The translations under genes were made by a program, and so were the position numbers. The notes below the pieces were generated by a model. It did not search any database and had not been told where the DNA came from. It was given only the letters and a program-made list of their open reading frames with translations. From assembly GCA_012862495.1 (NCBI GenBank), contig BLSG01000410.1, forward strand, positions 338,654 through 402,653: a stretch of 64,000 nt of DNA. The letters run 5' to 3'. The DNA is from Thraustochytrium aureum. Its lineage: Eukaryota. Numbering within the stretch: position 1 is the first letter of the stretch; each line of letters opens with the position of its first letter. Shown one piece after another: positions 21,429-33,007 of the stretch.

Positions 21429-24400
21429 ATGGAGGACGTGTCAGGCAGCCTCGTGGGCGAGCTCCTTGAGCGGCTCGGCGTTGACGCTGCCGCAGTTGCG
21501 GCAGACGACTCGCTCAGAGCCACGCTCGACAAGCTCGTCGCCGAGGCTCACTTGCGCCGCGAAGAGGCCCGCGAGCTGTCGCTGGAGGAACTCTCGAACG
21601 CGCTCGAGACTGTACGTGGCGATCTCAAGCGCTGCAAAGATGCCGCGAAAAAGGTGCTCTTGCAGATGGACGTTGCCTTCATCAGGGAGGAGATTGGGCG
21701 GCGCGATGGCGTGGAGAGCGAGTGTAGCAGCCCAGGCAGGCCGACTTCTCCGCGCAGCCCGTCTGGGTTTCCAAAATCTGTCACCTGGCTTGAAGGCGCG
21801 GCGGACGTCTCGGTGGACTGGGCTCTCGCCAGGAACGGGGCAACCGGCGAGTGGGAAGAGTGTATTGTGAGCGTCCATCACCAGGCGCTCGTGTTTTACA
21901 ACATCGGCAGTGTGCGGCAGCACATTGCCCTGCGCGACGCGGCGCTCGCCGAGATGAGCTCAAATTCGAGCGCCCTTCGGGCTTTGCAGAAACAGGTCCC
22001 AGACCGCTCGTTCTGCGGATGGGAGCTCCGTGTGCCGAGTTTGAATAACGCCAAGTTCCTCCTGGCGGTCTCTGGGTCTGCTGAGCGGGAGTCTTGGATG
22101 GCAGCGCTGGCGTTCGCCGCCAAGCACGAAAACCGTGAAAGTGGCCCCAATGACGGTCTTGGCCCTGGGCGAGAGGGCTGGGGCGCGGCGCTGGTGGAAG
22201 GCTTTGTGTATAAACGGTCCGCCTCGGCAGGGGCGCTGTTCGGGATTTCGCCAAAGTGGAAGCGGCGCTTTTGTAGGATCATTTACAACGCGCCGCGAGA
22301 CGAGTGGGTGCTGCGCTACTACTCGGCGACCAAGGCGCAGTCTGGCGTGCGTACTTCGGACATACAAGCGCTTGATCCTGTCGACATGTCGAATGTCCGG
22401 CTCCCAGGGCCGTACGACCAATTGCAAGGAGCTCTCCAGGTGCTGCGCTTGCGCTTGAGCCGGCAATCGCGAATCGCAGTCGACGCCTTTGCAGTGCACG
22501 ACCCCGCCAAGTGGCTTGAGCTGGTGGCAGCCGAGCGCCCTCTCGAGCGCGTGACCGAGGACGTCGCGGGTGAGCTGACGGACACGGAGAGCGTTCCAGG
22601 CTCTCACGCGGGCAGTGAGGGCTCCACCAAGCGAAACATGCACAACCAGGCTGCGTCGGGGAGGCAGAGCGGTGCGGAAGAAGACGATGATGACGAGGGA
22701 GCACAGGAAGAACGGCACGACGCGCTGTCTGAAGGCGCCGGCCAGACAGCAGATCATCTTGATCACGAATTGTTGCCAGACCCAAGAGAAGTCGAGCCTG
22801 GGCTTGGTGATCTTGACAGGCAAAATCACACGGGTTTTCATGAGACCAAGCCGAGGTCGCGCGACGCAGTGCCTTTGTCGTCAGTACTGCGAAAAGCTCT
22901 GCCACTTCGCATCCGCACTGTCGAGCAGGCTGAGGGTTCGCGCGAAGTACTCAAGGAGGACGCTGGTGCACGCCGCATTGATCGGCGCGGCGAGGAGCCA
23001 GAGAAAGCCAAGGCCGCGCCAGCGATGAGTGACCCGCCACCCCAAGCAGCGAGGGCGCCATTGCGTCCGGCGAGTCCTCGCAGGCGCAAGCCCAACATAG
23101 TGCGAAAGCGGTCCTCGTCTGGCTCTTCCGAAGCGGCACCGGCGGCGCGACAGCCTGCTGCTGAGCCGGCTGCACATCCAACTGCTCTTCCTGCCGGGCC
23201 ATCGGAGCAGCCCCCCGTGCGAGGCGCTGATGATGCGTCCAGCACAGTGTGGCTCCGGCTCGAGAGACTTTCGTCTGCGGTAAGCGAGCTCGCGCGGGAC
23301 AGCCCTGTCAGTGACGAGGCGAACAAACTCGTTTCTGAGCTCAGCAAGCAGATGGTGTCAATTCAGGCGCAGTTTGTGGCCTCGCACGACAATGACGCTC
23401 GTCTGCTGGCACTCCTCTTCAGCGAGAAAGGCTGCGACGCGTTGGAGCTCGTTTTGTCCAAGACTGCTCGGGAGCGGTCCGGTGAGCTGCTTGATATTGC
23501 CGACTTTGCCTCTCGGAAGAGCAACGAGTACTTTGAGTCCATCTCGCTCAGCACGGCCCGCGTGGTCAAGCGACTCTGCGCGCTTGCCAAGGTGAATACC
23601 GAGAGCCTCTTTGACACTATCAAAGTGCACGTTCAGGAAGTCAGCGAGGCAGCGCGTGACTCGGGCGGGAGCGAATCGCGTCGATCTGCAGAGGGCTCCA
23701 GCTGGAACGACGGCTTCGAATCGGACGACTTTGCGGACTGCGACGACGGGCAGGGGAGTGGGTACAAGAAGTGCGCTCGACGGCCTTCAGATTCCGGTGT
23801 GACATCCGTTGGCCCAGAGGCCGCGGAAGAGGCGGAGGAGGCGAGTCCTCCATCGACGATTGCCAGAATCCTCGCTGATGCCAGTCATAGCCGGTACGCC
23901 GTGGAGCGGCTCGCCGAGCACATTGCTATGGAGACGGCGACTCGGCAACGCTGTCGGAGCGCCTCGACGCCACCGCACCCAAGCAAGCCGCCCCCACCGG
24001 TCCCAATAGACGCAGAGGAGGAAGAGGAAGCGACGGACGGAACGCCGGTTCGCAGTCCGCCTCGCGGCTTGGGCCTTTTCCACAAACTCATTGGCGAAGA
24101 CTCGCGGGAGTGGCTTGGCGCCCTGGAGGCCTCGCGCCGAGCAGGCCGCAGCGTGTCGCCGCCGGAAGCAAAGATGCACGTCTCGGTTGACCTTGCCTCG
24201 GTTCCGGATGAGGGTCCCAGTAGCCCGTCGCAGCTCGAGCTGCTCGAGCAATCTGACGAGGGTTCGAGCTTGGCCCGGCCGACGAGCTGGGACGGAGCGA
24301 AGCCACGGCGCAGCCACAGCCGATCGGTTGGCTCCGTGCAAGCTCGCTCGGGAGCGAGGCGCTCTGACTCGGTGGGCTCGGCGCGCACGGAGCCGCCGTT

Positions 24401-26006
24401 GCCAAGCCACGCCGGCCGGGCGGCCGCAAACCTCTCGAGCGGGACGGGAACTCGTTCTAGTAAGGGAGTCAAGTCTGGCGCTCGTCTCCGATCGAAGGCT
24501 GCGAGTCAGCCTGCGACCGAGGGCTGGGCTTTCAAGCGTGCCTTCAAGGACAACGCGTGGATCAGCAGGTATATTGAGCTGGATGCGTCGAGCCGCACCT
24601 TGGTCCTTTCAAGCAACCCAGGACGCCAAAGCAAAGCTGCGAGGGTCGCTCTCCGCGGCGCAACCGTGGAAAAACTAGGCAGAGTCCCGCGGGACGAGTG
24701 CGCTGTGCGCGGCGGCGGCGGGCCGAACGCCCTTTTTGAAGTTTCGCTGACCACGGCTTCTGGGGAGTGGACAGCGCTCGCTTTTGAGAGCGACCGCCAA
24801 GCTTCGGCGTGGGCGAGGTCGCTCGAGGCAGCTTCTGGTCCTGCTAACGGAGACGACGTTTTGGACGGCACGCGTGGTGGAGCCGCCCGGAAGGCGCTCG
24901 TTCTCTACGACCAGGACGGGCGACGGGTTCGAGATGGACAGGCCACCAGAGCCCGTGCTCCGCAACAGATCGTACTCGCGCAGACTCGCAAGCTTGGTTC
25001 TGCGGCCCCGGCCAAGTTGCGACGAGAGGCTGCCGCTTTGAGCGATGATTTGGCCAAAGGACTGCGACGCTTGGCCGCGGGGCGGAGTTCGCGCGGCGAC
25101 GTAGACGACCCGGTCAACGCCGCGCTCCGGAATGCGCTAGCGCTTAAAGTGGCATCCCCAGAGAGAGACGCGGTGCGCTTATCGAGTTGGGCACCGGAGC
25201 GGAACGACGATGAAAGCCTGGTTTCGTGGTCTGAGGAGCGCTCGGTCGAAACTGACGTAGAGGAGTCCAAGACACAGAGCGACGGTGGAAGCGATGCTGA
25301 CCCAGGCGGCAATGGCGACCCCCGGCAGGAAGAATGGAACCGCATCTCGCTCGCAGGGAAACCAAAGGCAAAGGCAAAGGCAGAACTTCGCGCGCAGATT
25401 CGGCGGTCGCGTCGCGACAGCGATGCAACGGCATCTGTCGCTGCGCTGGAGGTCGCAGTGGCAAGCTCGAACGTCGCGTTGGCCAAGAGCGCCTGGGAGG
25501 CCCGCATTGGGGAGGCGCGGCAACGAGGCATTCTCGCGCCGCTCGTCGCTGGCGCAGAGTGGCACATAGTTTTGTCCAAGACTCTGGCGCTGGAGGCTGT
25601 GTGGCTGCAGGTGGACACAGCCTTGAACGCGCTGCGTTGCACTTTTGCGGGCTTGAGCGACGGGCGGGGCGGGTTTGGCAGGCGGCAAATCTGTATTCCG
25701 CTTGACCGTGTGCTGAGAATTGTTCGGGGCGCCCCGAGCGCACGGCTGCTGACGGCGGCCGTGGATGCCACGCACTCGTCCACGAGCTGCCTTCCTTCCG
25801 CTCGAATGCTCCCGCAAACGGACTGCGCGATCCAGGTCGCAGACGTGGCAATAGCGCAGGACACGTACGAGTGCGCACTCTTGGTGGAATTTGGGGAGGC
25901 TGGGTTGGCTGGGCACGAGGAGAGCGTCGAGCTGCTGGCCCCCTCGGCGAAGGACTGCGAGGCCTTTGCGGTGGGCCTGCGCTACCTGTGCAGCGGCGTT
26001 CGCTAG
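21429..26006 (+). CDS. Large multi-PH-domain protein (1525 aa)
   Basis: Uninterrupted ORF with PH-like segments: SAERESWMAAL, EGFVYKRS..KWKRRFC, EGWAFKR..WISRY..WARSLE, and a C-terminal IPLDRVLRIVRG..AFAVGLRYL. Confidence 0.8.
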   Translation: MEDVSGSLVGELLERLGVDAAAVAADDSLRATLDKLVAEAHLRREEARELSLEELSNALETVRGDLKRCKDAAKKVLLQMDVAFIREEIGRRDGVESECSSPGRPTSPRSPSGFPKSVTWLEGAADVSVDWALARNGATGEWEECIVSVHHQALVFYNIGSVRQHIALRDAALAEMSSNSSALRALQKQVPDRSFCGWELRVPSLNNAKFLLAVSGSAERESWMAALAFAAKHENRESGPNDGLGPGREGWGAALVEGFVYKRSASAGALFGISPKWKRRFCRIIYNAPRDEWVLRYYSATKAQSGVRTSDIQALDPVDMSNVRLPGPYDQLQGALQVLRLRLSRQSRIAVDAFAVHDPAKWLELVAAERPLERVTEDVAGELTDTESVPGSHAGSEGSTKRNMHNQAASGRQSGAEEDDDDEGAQEERHDALSEGAGQTADHLDHELLPDPREVEPGLGDLDRQNHTGFHETKPRSRDAVPLSSVLRKALPLRIRTVEQAEGSREVLKEDAGARRIDRRGEEPEKAKAAPAMSDPPPQAARAPLRPASPRRRKPNIVRKRSSSGSSEAAPAARQPAAEPAAHPTALPAGPSEQPPVRGADDASSTVWLRLERLSSAVSELARDSPVSDEANKLVSELSKQMVSIQAQFVASHDNDARLLALLFSEKGCDALELVLSKTARERSGELLDIADFASRKSNEYFESISLSTARVVKRLCALAKVNTESLFDTIKVHVQEVSEAARDSGGSESRRSAEGSSWNDGFESDDFADCDDGQGSGYKKCARRPSDSGVTSVGPEAAEEAEEASPPSTIARILADASHSRYAVERLAEHIAMETATRQRCRSASTPPHPSKPPPPVPIDAEEEEEATDGTPVRSPPRGLGLFHKLIGEDSREWLGALEASRRAGRSVSPPEAKMHVSVDLASVPDEGPSSPSQLELLEQSDEGSSLARPTSWDGAKPRRSHSRSVGSVQARSGARRSDSVGSARTEPPLPSHAGRAAANLSSGTGTRSSKGVKSGARLRSKAASQPATEGWAFKRAFKDNAWISRYIELDASSRTLVLSSNPGRQSKAARVALRGATVEKLGRVPRDECAVRGGGGPNALFEVSLTTASGEWTALAFESDRQASAWARSLEAASGPANGDDVLDGTRGGAARKALVLYDQDGRRVRDGQATRARAPQQIVLAQTRKLGSAAPAKLRREAAALSDDLAKGLRRLAAGRSSRGDVDDPVNAALRNALALKVASPERDAVRLSSWAPERNDDESLVSWSEERSVETDVEESKTQSDGGSDADPGGNGDPRQEEWNRISLAGKPKAKAKAELRAQIRRSRRDSDATASVAALEVAVASSNVALAKSAWEARIGEARQRGILAPLVAGAEWHIVLSKTLALEAVWLQVDTALNALRCTFAGLSDGRGGFGRRQICIPLDRVLRIVRGAPSARLLTAAVDATHSSTSCLPSARMLPQTDCAIQVADVAIAQDTYECALLVEFGEAGLAGHEESVELLAPSAKDCEAFAVGLRYLCSGVR

Positions 26007-27142
26007 AAACTCATGCGGGTGGGCAAAGTAAACGGATCAGATTTTACCTATGTGCGTCTTGCACAAGCCTTCGCGGCAAGCAGCTGCTTGCCGGTTCGAA
26101 CGCCGCGTGCCCACTTGCCATGGCCCTTGGGTGCTAGGTCAGACCACTTCGTACTCGACCTGGAAGCCCAGGCTGACGCGTAGCACCTTGCAATGTCGCG
26201 TGCCGCTGGGCTGCGCGGCGCCCTCGTCGGAGNNNNNNNNNNNNNNNNNNNNNNNNNNNNNNNNNNNNNNNNNNNNNNNNNNNNNNNNNNNNNNNNNNNN
26301 NNNNNNNNNNNNNNNNNNNNNNNNNNNNNNNNNNNNNNNNNNNNNNNNNNNNNNNNNNNNNNNNNNNNNNNNNNNNNNNNNNNNNNNNNNNNNNNNNNNN
26401 NNNNNNNNNNNNNNNNNNNNNNNNNNNNNNNNNNNNNNNNNNNNNNNNNNNNNNNNNNNNNNNNNNNNNNNNNNNNNNNNNNNNNNNNNNNNNNNNNNNN
26501 NNNNNNNNNNNNNNNNNNNNNNNNNNNNNNNNNNNNNNNNNNNNNNNNNNNNNNNNNNNNNNNNNNNNNNNNNNNNNNNNNNNNNNNNNNNNNNNNNNNN
26601 NNNNNNNNNNNNNNNNNNNNNNNNNNNNNNNNNNNNNNNNNNNNNNNNNNNNNNNNNNNNNNNNNNNNNNNNNNNNNNNNNNNNNNNNNNNNNNNNNNNN
26701 NNNNNNNNNNNNNNNNNNNNNNNNNNNNNNNNNNNNNNNNNNNNNNNNNNNNNNNNNNNNNNNNNNNNNNNNNNNNNNNNNNNNNNNNNNNNNNNNNNNN
26801 NNNNNNNNNNNNNNNNNNNNNNNNNNNNNNNNNNNNNNNNNNNNNNNNNNNNNNNNNNNNNNNNNNNNNNNNNNNNNNNNNNNNNNNNNNNNNNNNNNNN
26901 NNNNNNNNNNNNNNNNNNNNNNNNNNNNNNNNNNNNNNNNNNNNNNNNNNNNNNNNNNNNNNNNNNNNNNNNNNNNNNNNNNNNNNNNNNNNNNNNNNNN
27001 NNNNNNNNNNNNNNNNNNNNNNNNNNNNNNNNNNNNNNNNNNNNNNNNNNNNNNNNNNNNNNNNNNNNNNNNNNNNNNNNNNNNNNNNNNNNNNNNNNNN
27101 NNNNNNNNNNNNNNNNNNNNNNNNNNNNNNNNNNNNNNNNNN

Positions 27143-28494
27143 CGCTTGTCGGCACGGCGAAAGACCTTGCTGAGGACCGCCCCAAGGCTCTTGGCATCAA
27201 TGTAGCCAGTCCCCTCCGGGTCGAGCGCCTCAAAAAGCACCTCGACGCCGTCAGCAGGGGTCGCGTTGGAGCTGATGAATGTAAGCCCAACCACAAAAGT
27301 CTTAAAGTCGATGGTGCCGTCCACGTCCACGTCGAACGTGTCAAACATGGCTTGCACGGGCTCGGTCAAAGGCACGCGCAGAGCCTTGGCGAACTGCGCG
27401 GCGTCCATGCGGCCCGTTTTCTTGACGTTCTTGTCAGCCCCGAAGCGGCGGAGGAGGCGCTTAGCCTCCTTGAGGTTGATCTCGAGCACGTTCGTGAGTT
27501 GTGCAAACTCAAAGTTGACCACCTCGTTGAGGTTGAACTTTTGCTTTTGCGCGGCCATGCTGAGGAACGAGTCCTCGTAAGAGTGCTCTGTGCAGGGCAC
27601 GCCAAGACGCGCGGCCATGAGCTGGCGCACGTTCTCCGCGTACAGGATCGGGTCGGCCTTCTCCTCCTCGCTTGGCGTGTAGACGGGCATGAACTCGACC
27701 TCGCAGCGGTTGTAGAGCTGGGTCATGAGGCGCAGGATGAGCTTGACCCGCGACGGCGCGCTGGAGGTCCAGGCGGGGTCAAAGTTGGAGTGGGGCCACT
27801 TGACCAGGACTGGCTGGACGGGCATGCCCGGCACGAAGGCGCCCTTCTTGAACTGGATGAGCGCTTTGCGGTTTGTGCAGGTGCCTTCCGGGAAGACGAG
27901 GAGCTGGCGCCAGGCCTCTTCGGTGGCCTGCGCGCGGCGCACGAACTCGTCGAGGGCCTGCTTGCGGCCGTCCTTGGCGTCGCGCTTGACGGGGATGATC
28001 TGGCCGGCCTTGGCGACCGAGCCGAAGAGCGGGGTCTTGTGGACCGAGTCCTTGGCGAGCCCAGAGCTTGGGCCCAGCATCCAGCCCATGAGGAAGGAGT
28101 CCATGAAGGTGCTGTGGCTGGCGATGACGAAGATGGGCGCCTCCTTCTTGCTCGCGCGGCGGCCCTTGACGGGGATCCAAAAGTAGCCGAAGATGAAGAG
28201 CATGATGCGGCAGGTGAACTGCATGGGCGACATCAGGATGCGGCGGAAGAGGCCCATGGGCTTGTTGGGGTTGAACCCGCAGTGTATGGCGAGTTCGCAG
28301 AACCCGGCCATCGCCAGCATGGTCACCACGGCGAGGACGAGCTTGACGGGGACCACCACGATGCCGAGAAGGCACTTGAACGCCTCCCAGACATTCCAGT
28401 TGTCCTCGTACACGAACGGGTTGATGCGGTCGTCGACGTTCAGCTTGTCTTGCAGCTCAGCGCGCTGCTCGGCGCTGAGTTTGCTCGTCGCCAT
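27143..28494 (-). CDS. LPCAT: Lysophospholipid acyltransferase, LPCAT1/2-like with EF-hands; 3' end in gap
   Basis: HX4D motif (SHSTFMD), LVFPEGTCTN, FKKGAFVPG.PVQPV, and EF-hands DVDVDGTIDFK and DPEGTGYID. Confidence 0.9.
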
Positions 28495-29458
28495 CTTTGG
28501 CGCGCGGCTGGCGAGGCTCCGTCGGCTGCTCGAGAAGCAAACCCTGTTGGATACGGCGCGGAGCCCGGCGACCGTGCTCGTGCTCGTCCAGGCAGCTCGC
28601 TCTTGCGGGTCTGGTCGTCCTTGGTATGGGCCTGCACCAATCCCCGCCAAGTTGTTGGAGACTTCATGTCTGAGCACACTCGAGGTGGAGGTGAGAGAGG
28701 GAGAACAACTGGACTGGCGCGCGCGCGCACAGCATCTTTCTTCGCTTGCCGAGCACGACGTGAGCGAGACGCGGGCATTGCAGAAATCCTTTTCATCCAT
28801 GATCGATCACCGCATCCAGGTCATTCATTCTTCATCACAGTCAAGGAGGCCTGTCGCTGCGATGCGGGTGGGTCGGCCGCGATGCACCCAGCCTCCTTCC
28901 TCTGCGTCCAAGCGGCACTGGTGGTCGCTCGGACGGCGGACGCCTTGCGCTAGTAAGAACGTGGGCGATGGACTTTCCGTCAAGGGTTGCTTCGATTAGG
29001 TTAGGTCAAGATGCACACCACCTCGTGCGCTCTCCCGCTTTGCTGTGAGGGGGCCGACAAGCACGTGCGGCCTTTCAGGAGAAATCGATTGAAATCTACT
29101 AAAATCGATTATAAAAACAAAAGGATTTTTCTTTTTTTCGACCAAGCCTCCGAGGTTTTGATTTGAAACTGGCCGAGCTCGCAGGCGCCAAACTGCACGC
29201 AGGCGGAGCGCGGCTGGTCGATTGGTGGGAAGTGCTCGAGCTCACTCCCTTAGTCCCTGCCCTCTGCTGCGCGCGTGCTCAGCTCTCGCTGCGGTTGCCT
29301 GACGGCTGGATTTGGGTGAACCTGTGCCTACCTTGTGAACCTCGCACCAGACCAGACCCCAGACCGCCAGACCACCCTGCGCCGGCGCGCTCAGCCCACT
29401 CGCGCACTGGCCTGGCGCGCACAACCCGGTGCACTCAGCTCGCGCGCTCGCGGGAAGG

Positions 29459-30757
29459 ATGGCGCGGCCACAGTTCGAGCCGTTCGAGCTGGAGCAGTTC
29501 ATGAGCGAGAATGAGCAGAAGGTGGAGTTTGTCTTTGCAGAGAGCGGCGTGCATCCGATGAAGCTCGGCGAGCTGCTGGGGTCGGAAGACTGCAAAGCCG
29601 AGCTGATGGAGACGCTGCTCGGAACTANNNNNNNNNNNNNNNNNNNNNNNNNNNNNNNNNNNNNNNNNNNNNNNNNNNNNNNNNNNNNNNNNNNNNNNNN
29701 NNNNNNNNNNNNNNNNNNNNNNNNNNNNNNNNNNNNNNNNNNNNNNNNNNNNNNNNNNNNNNNNNNNNNNNNNNNNNNNNNNNNNNNNNNNNNNNNNNNN
29801 NNNNNNNNNNNNNNNNNNNNNNNNNNNNNNNNCGTCACGGTGGGCGCGTCTGAGGCAAACTTTATCCTCGCAGAGTGCCTGCTGGCTCCTGGAGACCACG
29901 TCGCGGTGCTCGAGCCAACGTACAGGCAGTTCTGGGGCGTTGCGCGCAACGCCGGGGGGGTCGTCCGTGCCTTCCAGCTCGACGAGGAGCGCGGCTGGGC
30001 CCTCGACCTTGCTTCACTGGAGGCTGCCGTGACCGCCGACACCAAGGTGGTTGCGGTGGTGCACCCGAGTAACCCGACAGGCAAGGTCCTGAGCTCGGCC
30101 GAGCTGCAGGCTATCGTGGACGCGGCGCGCCGGGTTGGCGCTTGGCTAGTTGCCGACGAGGTCTACGCTGGCGCGGAGCGCGACACCGACGAGGAGACCC
30201 CCAGCATTTATCGTTTCGGCTACGAAAAGTGCATCGCCATCGGGAGTCTTTCCAAGGCATACGGACTGCCGGGTCTGCGCATGGGATGGATCGTCGGCCC
30301 TGCCGAAATCGTTGCACGGGCCTGGCGCTCGCACGAGTACATCGCGATATCGAGCTCAATGCTTGGCAACCGGCTCGCCGCGCACGCGCTCGACCCGGAG
30401 GTCCGGAAGCGGATATTCGCGCGCTCTCGTCGCCTCATCCGCGCGGGCTGGCCCATCATGGAGCAAGCTGTCGCCGAGCACGCCGACATGCTCAGCGTCG
30501 TTGCGCCGGGGGCCTCTGCCATGTGCTTTTTGCGATACAACCTTGCCATCCCCAGCATGGAGCTCGTGCGCCGGTTGATTCGCGAAAAGTCGATCCTCGT
30601 CGTGCCGGGCATCGTCTTTGGCAAGGAGCACCACCTGCGCTTCTCCTTCGCGCTCCCGGAGCCCGTCGTGCGGGAGGGCGTCAAGAGACTCGTCGAAGTC
30701 CTGCTCGCAGTCAAGGAGGAGGAGGCGGCGGCGGCGGCGGGAGCAGCGTCATCCTAA
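29459..30757 (+). CDS. PLP-dependent aminotransferase class I/II (internal N-gap 29628-29832)
   Basis: HPSNPTG, ADEVY, PLP-lysine motif GSLSKAYGLPGLRMGW, and VVPG..F...HLRF. Confidence 0.9.
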   Translation: MARPQFEPFELEQFMSENEQKVEFVFAESGVHPMKLGELLGSEDCKAELMETLLGTXXXXXXXXXXXXXXXXXXXXXXXXXXXXXXXXXXXXXXXXXXXXXXXXXXXXXXXXXXXXXXXXXXXXXVTVGASEANFILAECLLAPGDHVAVLEPTYRQFWGVARNAGGVVRAFQLDEERGWALDLASLEAAVTADTKVVAVVHPSNPTGKVLSSAELQAIVDAARRVGAWLVADEVYAGAERDTDEETPSIYRFGYEKCIAIGSLSKAYGLPGLRMGWIVGPAEIVARAWRSHEYIAISSSMLGNRLAAHALDPEVRKRIFARSRRLIRAGWPIMEQAVAEHADMLSVVAPGASAMCFLRYNLAIPSMELVRRLIREKSILVVPGIVFGKEHHLRFSFALPEPVVREGVKRLVEVLLAVKEEEAAAAAGAASS

Positions 30758-30815
30758 ATGTAGAAAAGTAAATCTGAAATCAAAAAGGCTGACCTCGCTG
30801 CGCTCCAAACGCGAC

Positions 30816-31894
30816 CTAGCGCATGCGGGCTGCAAACAGCGAAAGGAGGACGGTCCCGCCAAGAAACGCCCATTCCCAGGCTGCAACTGGCGGCGTGACG
30901 CGATTCTCGAACGGCTTGGGAGGCGCGGGCGCCGTGTGCGCGTCAGGCCGTGGCTCAGGGACAGCAACAGCTTCCGTGGCCGCCGTGGTTGTTTGCGCGC
31001 AAGGCTCCCGCTCGTCGTGCACGCTCACGACCTCGTTTTGCTGTTCGTCGGCGCCGAGGGAGTTCATGTCGCTCGCGCCCAGATCAGCGCCTTTCGGCTC
31101 GCGCACGGCTTCATGCGCTTCGGCGTCGACCTGTTCGGCGACGGTTTGCTCGGCGGCGGCTTGTTCGGCGGGGACGGTTCGCTCGGCGTCCGCTTGTTCG
31201 GCGGCGACGGTTCGCTCGGCGTCCGCTTGTTCGGCGGCGACGGTTTGCTCGTCGTGAGACAGTTCCTCGTCCTGCGCGAGGTCCTCGTCCCTGCGCGAGG
31301 TCCTCGCCCTGCGGGAGTTCCTCGTCTTGCGCGACGTCCTCATTCTCAGCAAAGTCGCCGCCGTCCTGCGCAGGCTCCTCGCCTTGAGCGGGCTCGTCGT
31401 CTTTAGAAAGAACGGTAGCGTCAGTTTCGGGAAGGGCATCAGAGGCGTTTGGCGCCCCGTGCGGTTCAGCATCGACCTCCTCAATGAGCTGCGGGGCGCT
31501 CGCGAGCGGGACTTGCGCCTCGATTTCGGGCTGTTCTTCTTTGACGCCCTCAACCACCTCGTTGTCGAGCGTTTCAACCTGGTCTCCATCCCCAACTGCC
31601 AGATCGCTTTCTTCCGCGGAGAGGAAGGCGTCGTCGTCTGCGTCATCTTCACGAGCGTTATCAGCAGCCTCGCCTTTGGCAGCATCGCCCTCTCCAGCAG
31701 TGGTGGAGGAAGCGACTCGTTCACCTGCGGAGTTGGAAGCGTCGTGCGAGCTCTGCTCGGCGCAAGCTTGGTCTGGCTTGCCGACTTCCATGGTGACGTC
31801 GAGCTCGCCTCCAAGCGCGCGCAGTTTGGCCGTCCCGGCAGACTCGTCGCTCGCAACCACGTTTACCTGAGCGTTCTCCTTGTCTTGAACGACG
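30816..31894 (-). CDS. Acidic repeat-rich protein with C-terminal membrane anchor; 5' end in gap, apparent frameshift at about 31290
   Basis: D/E/A-rich sequence with (DEDLAQ)-like and AAEQADAERTV repeats. Ends WEWAFLGGTVLLSLFAARMR*. Confidence 0.65.
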
Positions 31895-32574
31895 NNNNNN
31901 NNNNNNNNNNNNNNNNNNNNNNNNNNNNNNNNNNNNNNNNNNNNNNNNNNNNNNNNNNNNNNNNNNNNNNNNNNNNNNNNNNNNNNNNNNNNNNNNNNNN
32001 NNNNNNNNNNNNNNNNNNNNNNNNNNNNNNNNNNNNNNNNNNNNNNNNNNNNNNNNNNNNNNNNNNNNNNNNNNNNNNNNNNNNNNNNNNNNNNNNNNNN
32101 NNNNNNNNNNNNNNNNNNNNNNNNNNNNNNNNNNNNNNNNNNNNNNNNNNNNNNNNNNNNNNNNNNNNNNNNNNNNNNNNNNNNNNNNNNNNNNNNNNNN
32201 NNNNNNNNNNNNNNNNNNNNNNNNNNNNNNNNNNNNNNNNNNNNNNNNNNNNNNNNNNNNNNNNNNNNNNNNNNNNNNNNNNNNNNNNNNNNNNNNNNNN
32301 NNNNNNNNNNNNNNNNNNNNNNNNNNNNNNNNNNNNNNNNNNNNNNNNNNNNNNNNNNNNNNNNNNNNNNNNNNNNNNNNNNNNNNNNNNNNNNNNNNNN
32401 NNNNNNNNNNNNNNNNNNNNNNNNNNNNNNNNNNNNNNNNNNNNNNNNNNNNNNNNNNNNNNNNNNNNNNNNNNNNNNNNNNNNNNNNNNNNNNNNNNNN
32501 NNNNNNNNNNNNNNNNNNNNNNNNNNNNNNNNNNNNNNNNNNNNNNNNNNNNNNNNNNNNNNNNNNNNNNNGCG

Positions 32575-32575
32575 G

Positions 32576-32606
<31 letters not shown>
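32575..32606. repeat. (GCCT)n microsatellite
   Basis: About 8 GCCT units next to a gap edge. Confidence 0.9.
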
Positions 32607-33007
32607 TCCTGCGCTTGCGCCTGCGCTTGTGCCGGCCCTTGTGCTTGCCTGGTGGCCTTCCCTGAATTCACGCACGAGAGGCCGCGCTGCACCACATTGT
32701 AGCTTCCCCGCGCCCTACCCCCTCCACGGCCACGCTCCGGCAAAACCCGCGCACACCTTGTTCAAAATACCCCCTATTCCTCTAACCTCCGCACACGGCA
32801 ATTCATTGTACTGCGTTACCACGCACAGCCGTCAATAATACCACAATCGCTCGCGGATATACCGGTAATTTACCGGTGATAGGTAATCGTTCCTTTAATA
32901 CACCGGCAAAACGGCCCTAGCGGATACTTGCATTGGCCAAGGTGCGCAACGATTAAATGCTGCGGCGCCCTTTTCTCCCCGCGTCGCCGCCCCTACGCGC
33001 CCTCCGC

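Noticed and set aside
26085..26112. tRNA T-arm-like GGTTCGAAC (similar at about 60310)
   Set aside because: The T-stem does not pair, and no D-arm, anticodon arm or acceptor stem is present.
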